Origin: an uncultured bacterium | GTDB taxonomy: Bacteria; Armatimonadota; HRBIN16 | NCBI GenBank assembly: GCA_964579145.1 | Contig: CAZOGB010000013.1 | Location: 154 to 64,153 of the forward strand | Direction of reading: 5' to 3' | Length of the DNA stretch: 64,000 nucleotides | Part shown: positions 55,515 through 64,000 of the stretch, piece by piece | Layout of the letters: the number at the start of each line of letters is the position of its first letter | Numbering within the stretch: the first letter of the stretch is position 1 | Translations under genes and position numbers: made by a program | The notes under the pieces: generated by a model | What the model saw: the letters and a program-made list of their open reading frames with translations, nothing else | The model's database searches: none | Told to the model about the DNA's origin: nothing

Positions 55515-57350
55515 GTGACCATCCGAATACTGGCTATCCTGACAGGGCTTCTGCTTCTGCTGGTGTCGGCGGCAGCGCAGCGCGTGGTGGTGGTGTGTCT
55601 TCCTCCAGCCGACGCGCAGAACAGTGTCCCTCATCTGCTTCGCGAAACCGCTAACCTGCGGGGAGCGCAGGCTCTGGTGCTGAGCCGGGTTGCCTCCTCG
55701 CCGTGGAAACGTTCCAAGCCACTCTTGTTGGAACGGTGGGAACAGAGCGCATACCTTACCCTGAATGCGGGCACGCGCGCGCTCGCGCCCGGGAACCTGC
55801 CGGCGGACGGCATCGAGCGGCTTCGTTCCCAGGTAGAGGCCAATCGGGGATGGGGCTACCCGGTGGTGATAGGGCTTCTGCCGGAGGAGCTGAAGGCGAG
55901 GGGGGTACACCTTCGCTACCTGACCCAACGCCCCGACTCGCCCATGTTGCTGGTGGGAGCACCGTTTGCCCAGCGTGATACCCGCCTTGTGCCCGACTTT
56001 CCCACGTTGTTGCGGATGGCGGAGTTCATAGTGCGCGGGCACTCACGCCTGATGCTGTGGGTTGACGCGGATGGTGTCTCCCCCGCGCAGAGGCAGACGC
56101 TGGTGAACATCTTGTACAAAAACCTGACCCAGCCCCAGGATAAACTCTACCTGCTCCTGCCCACTCCCACGCCTGCAGAGGCGCAGACGGGCTTGCGTTT
56201 GGGATGGGTGATGCGACTGGGCAGGGAGGACTCGGGCGTGCTGGCATCCAATTCCACCCGCCTGCCCGGCTATATCACCCTGCCCGACCTTACCGCCACA
56301 TGGCTATCGCACTTCGGTTGTGCTCCCATTCCGCCAGAGGTGCTCGGCTCGCCAGCGCGAACCCTGCCCGATGAAGAGGCGGTGCAGAGGGTGCATCGCC
56401 TGTATCTCTCAATGCTTCGGCAGGTGTGGTGGAACCGCACAGTGGGCGCACTGCCGACGGTGCAGGCGGTGGTGCTTGTGCTGGCGTGGCTCTGGTGGTA
56501 TCGCTTCGGGCGAGTGGTGCGGGCGCTGTGGCTGTTTCCATGTGTTGTGCCCGTGCTGGGCGTTTCGCTGGCTCCGGTGCTTATCACTCTGCCTCTGGGA
56601 GGCGTTTCGCTACAGGCTCGCGCTGGCGTCTGGGCAGCTGTGCTGGCTGGGCTTCTGGTGTGGCTTTCACGATTTCCTCTGCGCAGCTCCCTGCGCGGGC
56701 TGGCAACGGTGCTTCTTGTGTTCGTCGGGGTGGGGCTGTTGCACGGAGGCGACCTTCTGCGCTGGAGCGGCTTCGGTTACATCCTGCAGGAGGGGGCGAG
56801 ATATTACGGCGTGGGCAACGAAATGGCGGGCAGTTTGTTCGGAGCGCAAAGCGGCTTTCTGGTGACGGAAGGGGCGGGCTGGGGGCTGGTGCGCTGGCTG
56901 GCAACCGCACTGGCATCAGGCGCGCCGTTCTGGGGAGCAAACGCGGGGGCGATGCTTGCCTCGCTGTGTGTGGCAGGTGTGCAGGCTCTGCGCTCTCGCA
57001 GGGTGGTGCTGTGGGGGATGCTCGCCGTGGCGGTTCTGGCAGCGGGGGTGGTGGCATGGGAGATGGTGTCGCCCAATCCAACCCATGTAGGGGCTTTCCT
57101 GCGCAGCCCTCAGACATGGCTACCGACCGTGTGGCGCAAGGCGCAGATGAATCTGGCACTACTGTGGCAAAGCGCGTGGACACCTCTACTCGTATTCGGA
57201 TTGTTGGGGCTGAGGAGTGCGCCCGCGGGGGTGTGGGCGGGAGCGGTTGCCCTGCTGTTGCTGAACGATTCGGGAGTGGTTGCCGCAGCGGCGATGCTGG
57301 CGTGGTGGTGGGCATGGCGAATGGCAAACCACGAGCAAACCTCCCCCTAA
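55515..57350 (+). CDS. Hypothetical polytopic membrane protein with extracytoplasmic phosphatase-like domain (YGxGNE family), paralog of 58092-59864
   Basis: Signal peptide; GVLASNSTRLPGYITLPDLTAT; GARYYGVGNEMAG; GANAG; about 10 TM. Confidence 0.75.
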   Translation: MTIRILAILTGLLLLLVSAAAQRVVVVCLPPADAQNSVPHLLRETANLRGAQALVLSRVASSPWKRSKPLLLERWEQSAYLTLNAGTRALAPGNLPADGIERLRSQVEANRGWGYPVVIGLLPEELKARGVHLRYLTQRPDSPMLLVGAPFAQRDTRLVPDFPTLLRMAEFIVRGHSRLMLWVDADGVSPAQRQTLVNILYKNLTQPQDKLYLLLPTPTPAEAQTGLRLGWVMRLGREDSGVLASNSTRLPGYITLPDLTATWLSHFGCAPIPPEVLGSPARTLPDEEAVQRVHRLYLSMLRQVWWNRTVGALPTVQAVVLVLAWLWWYRFGRVVRALWLFPCVVPVLGVSLAPVLITLPLGGVSLQARAGVWAAVLAGLLVWLSRFPLRSSLRGLATVLLVFVGVGLLHGGDLLRWSGFGYILQEGARYYGVGNEMAGSLFGAQSGFLVTEGAGWGLVRWLATALASGAPFWGANAGAMLASLCVAGVQALRSRRVVLWGMLAVAVLAAGVVAWEMVSPNPTHVGAFLRSPQTWLPTVWRKAQMNLALLWQSAWTPLLVFGLLGLRSAPAGVWAGAVALLLLNDSGVVAAAAMLAWWWAWRMANHEQTSP

Positions 57351-58108
57351 AGCCCCGTCGGGTGGTCAAAGAAGCGGTGTTCCAGCCCGAACTGTCGTTG
57401 CAGATGCTCGCCCAGCGCACGCACCCCCAGCGTTTCGGTGGCATAGTGCCCGGCATACACCAGATTGATGCCCAGCTCTTCGGCGTCCAGATAGGTGTGG
57501 TGTGCGCCTTCGCCGGTGATCAGTGTATCAATGCCCAGACGATGCGCTTCGGTGAGGCTACGTGTGTTGCCCCCGGCGCCCGTCAGGATGCCCACGCGAC
57601 GAACAGGGTCCCGGCCAAACGGAAGTACCTTCGCCTGTGTGTTCAGCCTGTTCTCTAACAGAGACACCAGCTCGGACAGGGGCGTTTCGGTGTCGCACAC
57701 CAGCCCGGTGGGCACGCCCTGGTAGTCCCCGAAACGCTCGACCGGCGTCAGCCCCAGTAACCGCGCCAGTCGGGCGTTGTTGCCCACCTCGGGATGCACA
57801 TCCAGCGGAAGGTGTACCGAATACAGGCTGATGTTCTCACGCAAGAGGGGCTGTAATCGCCTGCGGAACCGCCCCACGATGGGCTGTAAGCCGTTCCAGA
57901 ACAAACCGTGATGCACCACCAGCAGGTCAGCGCCCCACGCCACCGCCTCCTCGACCGATGCGACAGACACGTCCACCGCCGTCAAGACGCGCCGCACCTC
58001 CTCCCTGCCTTCCGCCTGCAACCCGTTGAAGGCGTTCGGATAGTCGGGAACCTCGCGGACAGCAAGGTATTCGTCCAGATAGCCCACCAGATCAGGCAGA
58101 CGAACCAT
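57347..58108 (-). CDS. Nif3-like dinuclear metal-centre protein (YbgI family)
   Basis: DYPNAFNGLQ, VVHHGLFW, HLPLDVHPEVGNN, TGE, AGHYATE. Start MVRLPDL at 58108. Confidence 0.92.
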   Translation of the reverse strand: MVRLPDLVGYLDEYLAVREVPDYPNAFNGLQAEGREEVRRVLTAVDVSVASVEEAVAWGADLLVVHHGLFWNGLQPIVGRFRRRLQPLLRENISLYSVHLPLDVHPEVGNNARLARLLGLTPVERFGDYQGVPTGLVCDTETPLSELVSLLENRLNTQAKVLPFGRDPVRRVGILTGAGGNTRSLTEAHRLGIDTLITGEGAHHTYLDAEELGINLVYAGHYATETLGVRALGEHLQRQFGLEHRFFDHPTGL

Positions 58109-59864
58109 GATATACCTCCTGTAACCGACGGGTGAGCATCGCCCCCACGCCCACTCCCAGTATGGCTGATGCGGGCACAAAGCCCGAATCATTGAATATA
58201 AAAGCGGCGATAATACATGCCAGCCACGCGGTGTACTCCCTCTGCCATCCACTGTCTACTGCCTGCAGGGCGCCGCTTCGTCGCATCGCCCAGAGCGCAA
58301 GCGCAATCGCCGCCAGCACCGCCCAGGCAAACGGACTGGTCAGCACCCGCGCGGTCAGCACAAGCTTGGAGCCAAGCGTCTCCATCACCGCCTGCCAGCC
58401 TCCCATGCACCATCTCAACCACGCCTCACCAGCGTGCGACGGCGATGCACTCAGGCTGTCTATCCACATGATGCCCACAGCGCCCACTATCGCCACCGCC
58501 AGCCACCGAGCGCATCGTCTCCAGCCCTTGGCCTGCATCGCCTCCCAGGCACAGCCAAGTCCGGTCACCGCCGTGAGCCATCCGCCCAGGTTGGCGCCCC
58601 ATGCGGGCAGAGCCAGCACAACGGCTGCGATCGCCCACAGCGCGGCACGCAGGATAGCACCAGCACCATACAGCCCCCACACCAGGGCACACCCCACCAG
58701 CACGCCCATCATCTCGTTGCCGATGCCGTAGAAGCGGATGCCCGATAGCGCATACGCGCTGTACATGGACGCCCTGATGCCATGCTGGCCGTCGATGCCG
58801 TCTACCAGAATCACCAGCACGCTCAGGGCACAGGCGCGGATGTAGGCACGGAACGGCTCCTCCCATGCGCCCCAGTGCGCCCACAGCGACAGACACACTG
58901 CCGACAGCATAATCGCGCCCACATACTGCCACAGCGTCCCGGCGGGAAGGTAGGGCGCCAGCACCGTGCCTGCAGGCAGGGAGAGCAGTCCGCCTATCGA
59001 CGCCGAAAGCAGTAACCTCGCGCGACGGGATGCTGTCTGCCGGCGTGTCATACTCAACGCCGTGAATACGGCAAGAAGCCCGCCGCCCACCTGCACTGCC
59101 CCCACAGGTATCAGCCCCTGCGCGTTCCACCTGTATAGCCGGGCGGCTCGTTGAACGACAGTGGCGGCGTTCTCTTCCCCAGTAACACGCGTGGGATGCT
59201 CGCCGACGCGAGGCGCGACACCATGCCACCGTAACAGCGTGGGCGCGATGTCCACATCAGAGACCAATCCCGGCGTGCGCGTGGTGTCGGAAGCCAGAAC
59301 GCCCGGCGATAGCCCACTTCCCGCGGCGATGAGAGGACCCAGCCCTTCACCCGGCGGAGGCAAGCCGATGATGAGCACCCTGTCGCGTTCGGGGTTCAGC
59401 GAGCCGATCGCCCTCTCCATCTGCCTGCTCACCGCGTCCGTGCTTCCCTGAAGCCACCATATCTGCACCTCTGCCGTGGGGGAAGCAGGAGGATGCGGTT
59501 GTTCGAGCAGGGATTGCAGATACTGTTGCGATGGCTGGAAATGGGTGGTTACCCGCACGCCCGCCTGTGCCAAAATGTCCGTCAACCCAGCCGATGGGCG
59601 TGCCGCCTGCTTCGAAAACGCAGGTCGTTTCCCCGTCTGCAGGGTAAGGGCAAAGCGGGTAGCGGTATCCCGTCCTGCACCCACGCTCATCAAGCCGATC
59701 GCCCCATGCCTTGCCAGCACATACAGCGCGCCCGCCTCTCCGCGTTCAATCTGCTCCCAGGTCAAGCCGTCTACCACCACCACTGCCGTCACCGGGGGCT
59801 GGGCAGAGACGCAGGGGAGCAAGCACGATACCAGTAACGCTATAGCCAGCGAGATTCGGTTCAC
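58092..59864 (-). CDS. Hypothetical polytopic membrane protein with extracytoplasmic phosphatase-like domain (YGxGNE family)
   Basis: VVVVDGLTW; GVLASDTTRTPGLVSDVDIAPT; GIRFYGIGNEMMG; GANLG; FNDSG. Confidence 0.78.
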   Translation of the reverse strand: MNRISLAIALLVSCLLPCVSAQPPVTAVVVVDGLTWEQIERGEAGALYVLARHGAIGLMSVGAGRDTATRFALTLQTGKRPAFSKQAARPSAGLTDILAQAGVRVTTHFQPSQQYLQSLLEQPHPPASPTAEVQIWWLQGSTDAVSRQMERAIGSLNPERDRVLIIGLPPPGEGLGPLIAAGSGLSPGVLASDTTRTPGLVSDVDIAPTLLRWHGVAPRVGEHPTRVTGEENAATVVQRAARLYRWNAQGLIPVGAVQVGGGLLAVFTALSMTRRQTASRRARLLLSASIGGLLSLPAGTVLAPYLPAGTLWQYVGAIMLSAVCLSLWAHWGAWEEPFRAYIRACALSVLVILVDGIDGQHGIRASMYSAYALSGIRFYGIGNEMMGVLVGCALVWGLYGAGAILRAALWAIAAVVLALPAWGANLGGWLTAVTGLGCAWEAMQAKGWRRCARWLAVAIVGAVGIMWIDSLSASPSHAGEAWLRWCMGGWQAVMETLGSKLVLTARVLTSPFAWAVLAAIALALWAMRRSGALQAVDSGWQREYTAWLACIIAAFIFNDSGFVPASAILGVGVGAMLTRRLQEVYHGSSA

Positions 59865-60721
59865 GGTTTCACCATCGTGCCCACGCCGCGGTCGGTGAAC
59901 ACCTCCATCAGGATAGCATGGGGCTGACGTCCGTCAATGATATGCGCCCGGTGCACTCCGCCGCGCAGGGCGGTAATACACGCCTCCAGCTTGGGCGTCA
60001 TGCCGCTCTCTGCCTTGCCGTTGCGCAGGAGCTCTTCCGCTCCGGTGATGCTCATCTCGGAGATGAGCGAGGAGGGGTCGTTGAGGTTCGCCAGCACGCC
60101 GGGCACGTCGGTCAGCACAATCAGCTTCTCCGCCTTCAGCGCGGCGGCGATAGCGCCAGCAGCATGGTCGGCGTTGACGTTGTAGCTCTGCCCATCCTCA
60201 CCGATGGCCACCGAGGAGATGACCGGGATATACCCCGCACCCGAAAGCACTTCTATCACCTCCGGGTTGACCTGCGTCACCTCGCCGACGTAGCCGATGT
60301 CCGTACCGCCGGGGGTCAGCTTCTTCGCCATCAGCAGGTTGCCGTCCTTGCCGCTTAAGCCCACCGCCTTGCCGCCCGCGCGGTGTATCAGCGAGACGAT
60401 GCCTTTGTTGGTCGTGCCCGCCAGCACCATCTCCACAATCTCCATCGTTTCAGCGTCGGTCACGCGCAGACCGCCCGCAAAGCGCGGCTGTAATCCCATG
60501 CGCTGCATGACCTCGCTCACCTCTTTGCCTCCACCATGCACCAGCACGGGTTTGATGCCTACCGTGCGCAACAGCACGATGTCCTGCATCACCTGCGCCT
60601 TGAGGCGTTCGTCTACCATCGCCGCGCCGCCATACTTGACCACAAAACACTTCCCACTGTAGCGCTGCATGTACGGCAGCGCCTGCACCAGCACGTTTGC
60701 CTGATGGATTGCTTCCTGCAC
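59861..60721 (-). CDS. argB: Acetylglutamate kinase
   Basis: KYGGAAM, VHGGGK, GLRVTD, NVNADHAA, GMTPK, IIDGR. Confidence 0.95.
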   Translation of the reverse strand: MQEAIHQANVLVQALPYMQRYSGKCFVVKYGGAAMVDERLKAQVMQDIVLLRTVGIKPVLVHGGGKEVSEVMQRMGLQPRFAGGLRVTDAETMEIVEMVLAGTTNKGIVSLIHRAGGKAVGLSGKDGNLLMAKKLTPGGTDIGYVGEVTQVNPEVIEVLSGAGYIPVISSVAIGEDGQSYNVNADHAAGAIAAALKAEKLIVLTDVPGVLANLNDPSSLISEMSITGAEELLRNGKAESGMTPKLEACITALRGGVHRAHIIDGRQPHAILMEVFTDRGVGTMVKP

Positions 60722-60952
60722 GTCTGCACCTCCCTTAACGGCTTTATTGTACCGACAGGCGAGGGATTACGCAACGAGCAGATAACGGCGAGAGGACAGA
60801 TTGCCCGCCGAGGCCCGAACCGTACGCGATCAGAAATGTTCGTACGAAAAAATCCCTGCTTCAACGTTTTATAAAGGAAAATAAAAACGAGTAGTCAAAT
60901 ATACTATGTGTAGTAACTCTACATTAAACAATGACGGTGAGGTGGATAAACA

Positions 60953-61408
60953 ATGCACGTCTGGCGACCTCTGTACGTGGTTCTGGCACTGATTGGATTG
61001 GTGCTCATCGCTCGCCAGGCTATGGTGCCGAAGGATTTTGGGGTCTCCAGCAGAGGGTATACCTATGGATGGCATAGAAGGTCCAACGAGGCGGAATGGA
61101 AAGCCCTGAAGCCAAAGTACCGAGGCAGAGAATATTGCAGAGACTGCCATGAGGAGCAGGTGAAGAGTATTCTCACCTCCCCTCACGCGCCGATTCAGTG
61201 CGAAAACTGCCATGGTCCGGCTACGGAGCACCCTGACGCCCCGGAAAAGCTTCCTATCACCAGAGACAGGGAGCAATGCCTGCGTTGTCACACTTATCTG
61301 CCCTATCCAAGCAGTGCACGGGCTAAGATTAAGGGCATCGTGCCTGATAAACATTACGCGGACACGGAGTGTGTCGCATGCCACTATCCACACAATCCCG
61401 CTCAGTAG
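60953..61408 (+). CDS. Membrane-anchored tetraheme cytochrome c
   Basis: N-terminal TM; CRDCH, CENCH, CLRCH, CVACH. Confidence 0.9.
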   Translation: MHVWRPLYVVLALIGLVLIARQAMVPKDFGVSSRGYTYGWHRRSNEAEWKALKPKYRGREYCRDCHEEQVKSILTSPHAPIQCENCHGPATEHPDAPEKLPITRDREQCLRCHTYLPYPSSARAKIKGIVPDKHYADTECVACHYPHNPAQ

Positions 61409-61418
61409 GAGGGTAGCG

Positions 61419-62198
61419 ATGATTACCAGACGCACATTCGTTCGTGGATTACTGCGTTTCGCCTTCGGGCTGGCAGGCACTGCCAGTATTGCAACGGTTG
61501 CCTTTCGCAAACGGGCGATGGGGAACAAAGCAAAATCCCCACGCTGGGCTTTTCTGGTAGACACTTACAAATGCGTGGGTTGCGGCTTCTGCGTGAAAGC
61601 GTGCAAGATGGAAAACGACGTGCCTTACGATGCCAGCGTGACTCGCACGTGGGTGGAAAGATACATCCTGACAAAAAACGGCGAGGTGCTTGCAGACACC
61701 CCCAGGGGGGGACGGGATGGATTTATCACGTCAAAGGTACAGCTGGGCGCGGAGCATTACCGGGAAGTGAAGCCAGAAGAGATAGCAAAAGCGTTTTTCG
61801 TGCCCAAGCTGTGTAACCAGTGCGAGAACCCGCCGTGTGTGCAGGTGTGCCCGGTAGGTGCTACTTACCAGACAGAGGACGGCGTGGTGCTGGTAGACCG
61901 CAAATGGTGCATCGGCTGTGGCTACTGCATCATGGCGTGTCCCTACGGAGCGCGCTTTTTCCATCCGGTGTACAAGGTCGCCGATAAGTGTAACTTCTGC
62001 TATCACAGGATTCATCAGGGTCTCAAGCCCGCCTGTGTGGAAGCCTGCCCATTTGAGGCTCGGCTGGTCGGCGATTTGAACAATCCTGATGACCCTGTCA
62101 CCCAGTTTATCAACACACAACGAGTGGGCGTGCTCAAGGAAGACTACGGTACCAGACCACAGGTCTACTACGTCGGACTGAGCAAGGAGGTGCGCTAA
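61419..62198 (+). CDS. 4Fe-4S dicluster protein (NrfC/PsrB/TtrB-like) with Tat leader
   Basis: MITRRTFV; CVGCGFCVKAC, CNQCENPPCVQVCP, CIGCGYCIMACP, CNFC..CVEACP. RBS AGGAGG before ATG 61419. Confidence 0.9.
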   Translation: MITRRTFVRGLLRFAFGLAGTASIATVAFRKRAMGNKAKSPRWAFLVDTYKCVGCGFCVKACKMENDVPYDASVTRTWVERYILTKNGEVLADTPRGGRDGFITSKVQLGAEHYREVKPEEIAKAFFVPKLCNQCENPPCVQVCPVGATYQTEDGVVLVDRKWCIGCGYCIMACPYGARFFHPVYKVADKCNFCYHRIHQGLKPACVEACPFEARLVGDLNNPDDPVTQFINTQRVGVLKEDYGTRPQVYYVGLSKEVR

Positions 62199-62199
62199 G

Positions 62200-63450
62200 A
62201 TGGACGTACACGGTGAGGTGTGGACTCTCAAAGAGCTGTTCGTCTACCCCAACGAGTTTGTATACTGGAGTGTTCAGATCGTCATGTACCCGTTTATGAC
62301 GGGTGTGGTGGCGGGCGCCTTTGTGCTCTCCTCGCTGTACCACGTGTTCGGTATCAAGCAGCTCAAGGGCATGGCACGGTTTTCGCTGGTGCTGTCTTTT
62401 GCCCTGCTGCTTGCGGCGCCGCTACCCCTGCTGTTCCACCTTCTGCAGCCGAGTCGGGCTTTTAACGTGTTTCTCACCCCGCATTTCACGTCGGCTATTG
62501 CCGCCTTCGGTGTGGTCTTCTCGGCGTACACAGCCATCGTTGCCTCCGAACTGTGGTTTCTCTATCGCAAGCATTTTGTCACTACCGCCTCTTCCCTGCG
62601 CCAGAAGCCCGATAGAAGCCTTCGGGAAAGCCTGCTCCTGTTGCTGTACTCTGCACTAACTCTGGGCGCCTGTGACATCAGCGAATCTGCCCTGCGCAAA
62701 GATGAGATGGCTACACGAGTGCTCGCGGGTGTCGGCATTCCTGTGGCGTGCTTCCTGCACGGCTACGCGGGATTCATCTTTGGCTCTGTCAAGGCGAACG
62801 CGCTGTGGATGACCCCGCTCATGCCTGTTATCTTCATCGTGTCCGCAGTGGTCTCGGGCATAGCGCTGTGTATGTTGACCTACATCGTGGTCATGGAGGG
62901 TCGGCGAGCGCGTGTTTCGAACACAACCGCCTCTTATTCGCTCACCCGGGAAGAGATAAAGGGGGTGGAGCTGTTCGAAATTACCACAACGGCGAAATAT
63001 CTGGTGCTGTTTATGATTTTCGCTATCAGCCTGGAGCTGCTGGACCTTATCTTCCGCGAGTACACGGCGCTGAAGTCCTGGGACGTGCTGAGACGCATTA
63101 TTTACGGCAGAGACTTCGTGAACATCTTCATTCTGCAGTATCTTGTGGGCAACCTTGTGCCGTTCATCATGCTGTTACTGCCGAATCTTACCATTCGACG
63201 GGCGGTGGTCAGCCTTCTGCTGGTGCTTCTGGGGGTATTCATGATGCGCTGGAACGTGGTCATCGGTGGACAGGCGTTCTCGCTGAGCTTTGCGGGTTAT
63301 ATGCACTATCGCCTGCCTGTGATACCGCATGACCTGAGCACTTTCAAGGAGGGGCTGTTTGGAGCGCTGGTGATTCTTGCCGTGCCTTACGTGCTGTTCT
63401 GGTTCCTCAGCAAGATATTCCCGGTGTTCAACACTGAGGAGGTGCACTGA
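62200..63450 (+). CDS. NrfD/PsrC-family quinol-interacting membrane subunit
   Basis: YPFMTGVVAGA, HLLQPSRA, LHGYAGFIFG, WMTPLMPVIFIVSA, MRWNVVIGGQ. Confidence 0.88.
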   Translation: MDVHGEVWTLKELFVYPNEFVYWSVQIVMYPFMTGVVAGAFVLSSLYHVFGIKQLKGMARFSLVLSFALLLAAPLPLLFHLLQPSRAFNVFLTPHFTSAIAAFGVVFSAYTAIVASELWFLYRKHFVTTASSLRQKPDRSLRESLLLLLYSALTLGACDISESALRKDEMATRVLAGVGIPVACFLHGYAGFIFGSVKANALWMTPLMPVIFIVSAVVSGIALCMLTYIVVMEGRRARVSNTTASYSLTREEIKGVELFEITTTAKYLVLFMIFAISLELLDLIFREYTALKSWDVLRRIIYGRDFVNIFILQYLVGNLVPFIMLLLPNLTIRRAVVSLLLVLLGVFMMRWNVVIGGQAFSLSFAGYMHYRLPVIPHDLSTFKEGLFGALVILAVPYVLFWFLSKIFPVFNTEEVH

Positions 63451-63925
63451 GGTTCCGGAAAGCCATCTCCACTGCCTGCTCGGGGGTCTGGGCGTGGTAT
63501 AGCGGAGCATGCTCTTGCGGTGGCAGGTCCCACGAGCGAAGCATCACTACCGGTTTGCCCACTTTCAGCGCAAGGGCAATCTCGGAGAGGGTTCCGTAGC
63601 CCCCGGCAATGGCGATAATCGCATCGCTGGCGCAGATGTTTATCCAGTTGCGTCCGTCGCGCAAGCCGGTGAAAATCGCCACGTCAATATATGGGTTGGG
63701 TGGGGTCTCGCTAGCGTTCATGCCGGGCAGGATACCGACCGTCAGTCCTCCTGCCTCTTTAGCGCCGCGCGCCGCGGCCTCCATCACCCCGCCGCGTCCA
63801 CCGCACAGCAATACCGCTCCACGCTCGGCGATGAGTGCGCCTACCCGACGTGCCATCTGGTAAATCTCTTCATCGCACTGCGACGCTCCCATCACTCCAA
63901 TCACCACGCGGTAGGTTCGTGCCAC
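63428..63925 (-). CDS. TIGR00725/LOG-family Rossmann-fold protein
   Basis: IGVMG, CGGRGGVMEAAARGAKEAGGLTVGILPG, RNWIN, GGYGTLSEIALA. Confidence 0.88.
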   Translation of the reverse strand: MARTYRVVIGVMGASQCDEEIYQMARRVGALIAERGAVLLCGGRGGVMEAAARGAKEAGGLTVGILPGMNASETPPNPYIDVAIFTGLRDGRNWINICASDAIIAIAGGYGTLSEIALALKVGKPVVMLRSWDLPPQEHAPLYHAQTPEQAVEMAFRNLSAPPQC

Positions 63926-63937
63926 TGTCTTTGCCTC

Positions 63938-64000
63938 CTACCCGGGTTGGATGCACAGCGGGTCGTCGTTGCCGGGGTTGTTTACGCGCGTGGAGACGGC
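63938..64000 (-). CDS. 3-prime end of a SOS response-associated peptidase (SRAP/YedK) gene, truncated by the window edge
   Basis: Translated by hand: AVSTRVNNPGNDDPLCIQPG*, typical SRAP C-terminus; stop lies just upstream of the LOG gene RBS. Confidence 0.7.
   Translation of the reverse strand, partial: AVSTRVNNPGNDDPLCIQPG

Noticed and set aside
55916-57658. Long alternative-frame ORFs (410 aa, 290 aa) over the membrane protein gene
   Set aside because: Typical stop-poor shadow frames in high-GC sequence; Gly/Ala/Arg-rich with no motifs.
60909-60923. TGTAG-N5-CTACA palindrome upstream of the cytochrome operon as an anaerobic regulator site
   Set aside because: Only 5-bp arms and no match to FNR (TTGAT-N4-ATCAA) or Rex consensus.
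1-64000. rRNA, tRNA, integrase or transposase genes
   Set aside because: None recognised by eye in intergenic regions or the ORF track; tRNAscan-SE/Infernal were not run.

Overview
A 64-kb bacterial chromosomal window, mostly about 60-65% GC. Three prepilin-type DUF1559/H-X9-DG genes, two DUF6785-like membrane proteins and an outer-membrane barrel suggest an Armatimonadota-like diderm; this is inferred from gene families only. All family calls come from motifs read by eye, with no database searches. Main content in order: (1) a low-GC two-gene operon at 124-7254, encoding a membrane-anchored protein with three C2H2 zinc fingers plus a 1575-aa DEAD/DEAH-DUF1998 helicase, probably a Druantia/DISARM-related defence module; (2) two copies of a module 'self-repressed sugar-sensing regulator > prepilin-like DUF1559 > small single-TM Pro-rich protein' (16577-18603 and 33732-35771), one small gene being absent from the ORF track, the second copy flanked by a GH30 and an OM barrel; (3) vWA/GATase, O-antigen-ligase-TPR, GT2 x2 and HAD genes with a 470-bp mosaic of palindromic repeats; (4) a cysteine-less Lpd-like flavoprotein and two ABC systems lacking ATPases; (5) a glycoside-catabolism cluster (TIM-barrel isomerase, DUF6785, Gfo/Idh/MocA, ThuA, GH106-like); (6) an ECF sigma/anti-sigma pair with a stand-alone tandem-STN zinc-ribbon protein; (7) two URO-D-like genes, two paralogous YGxGNE membrane proteins, nif3, argB, and a tetraheme cytochrome c/NrfC/NrfD module. 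No rRNA, tRNA, CRISPR array or intact transposase was seen.
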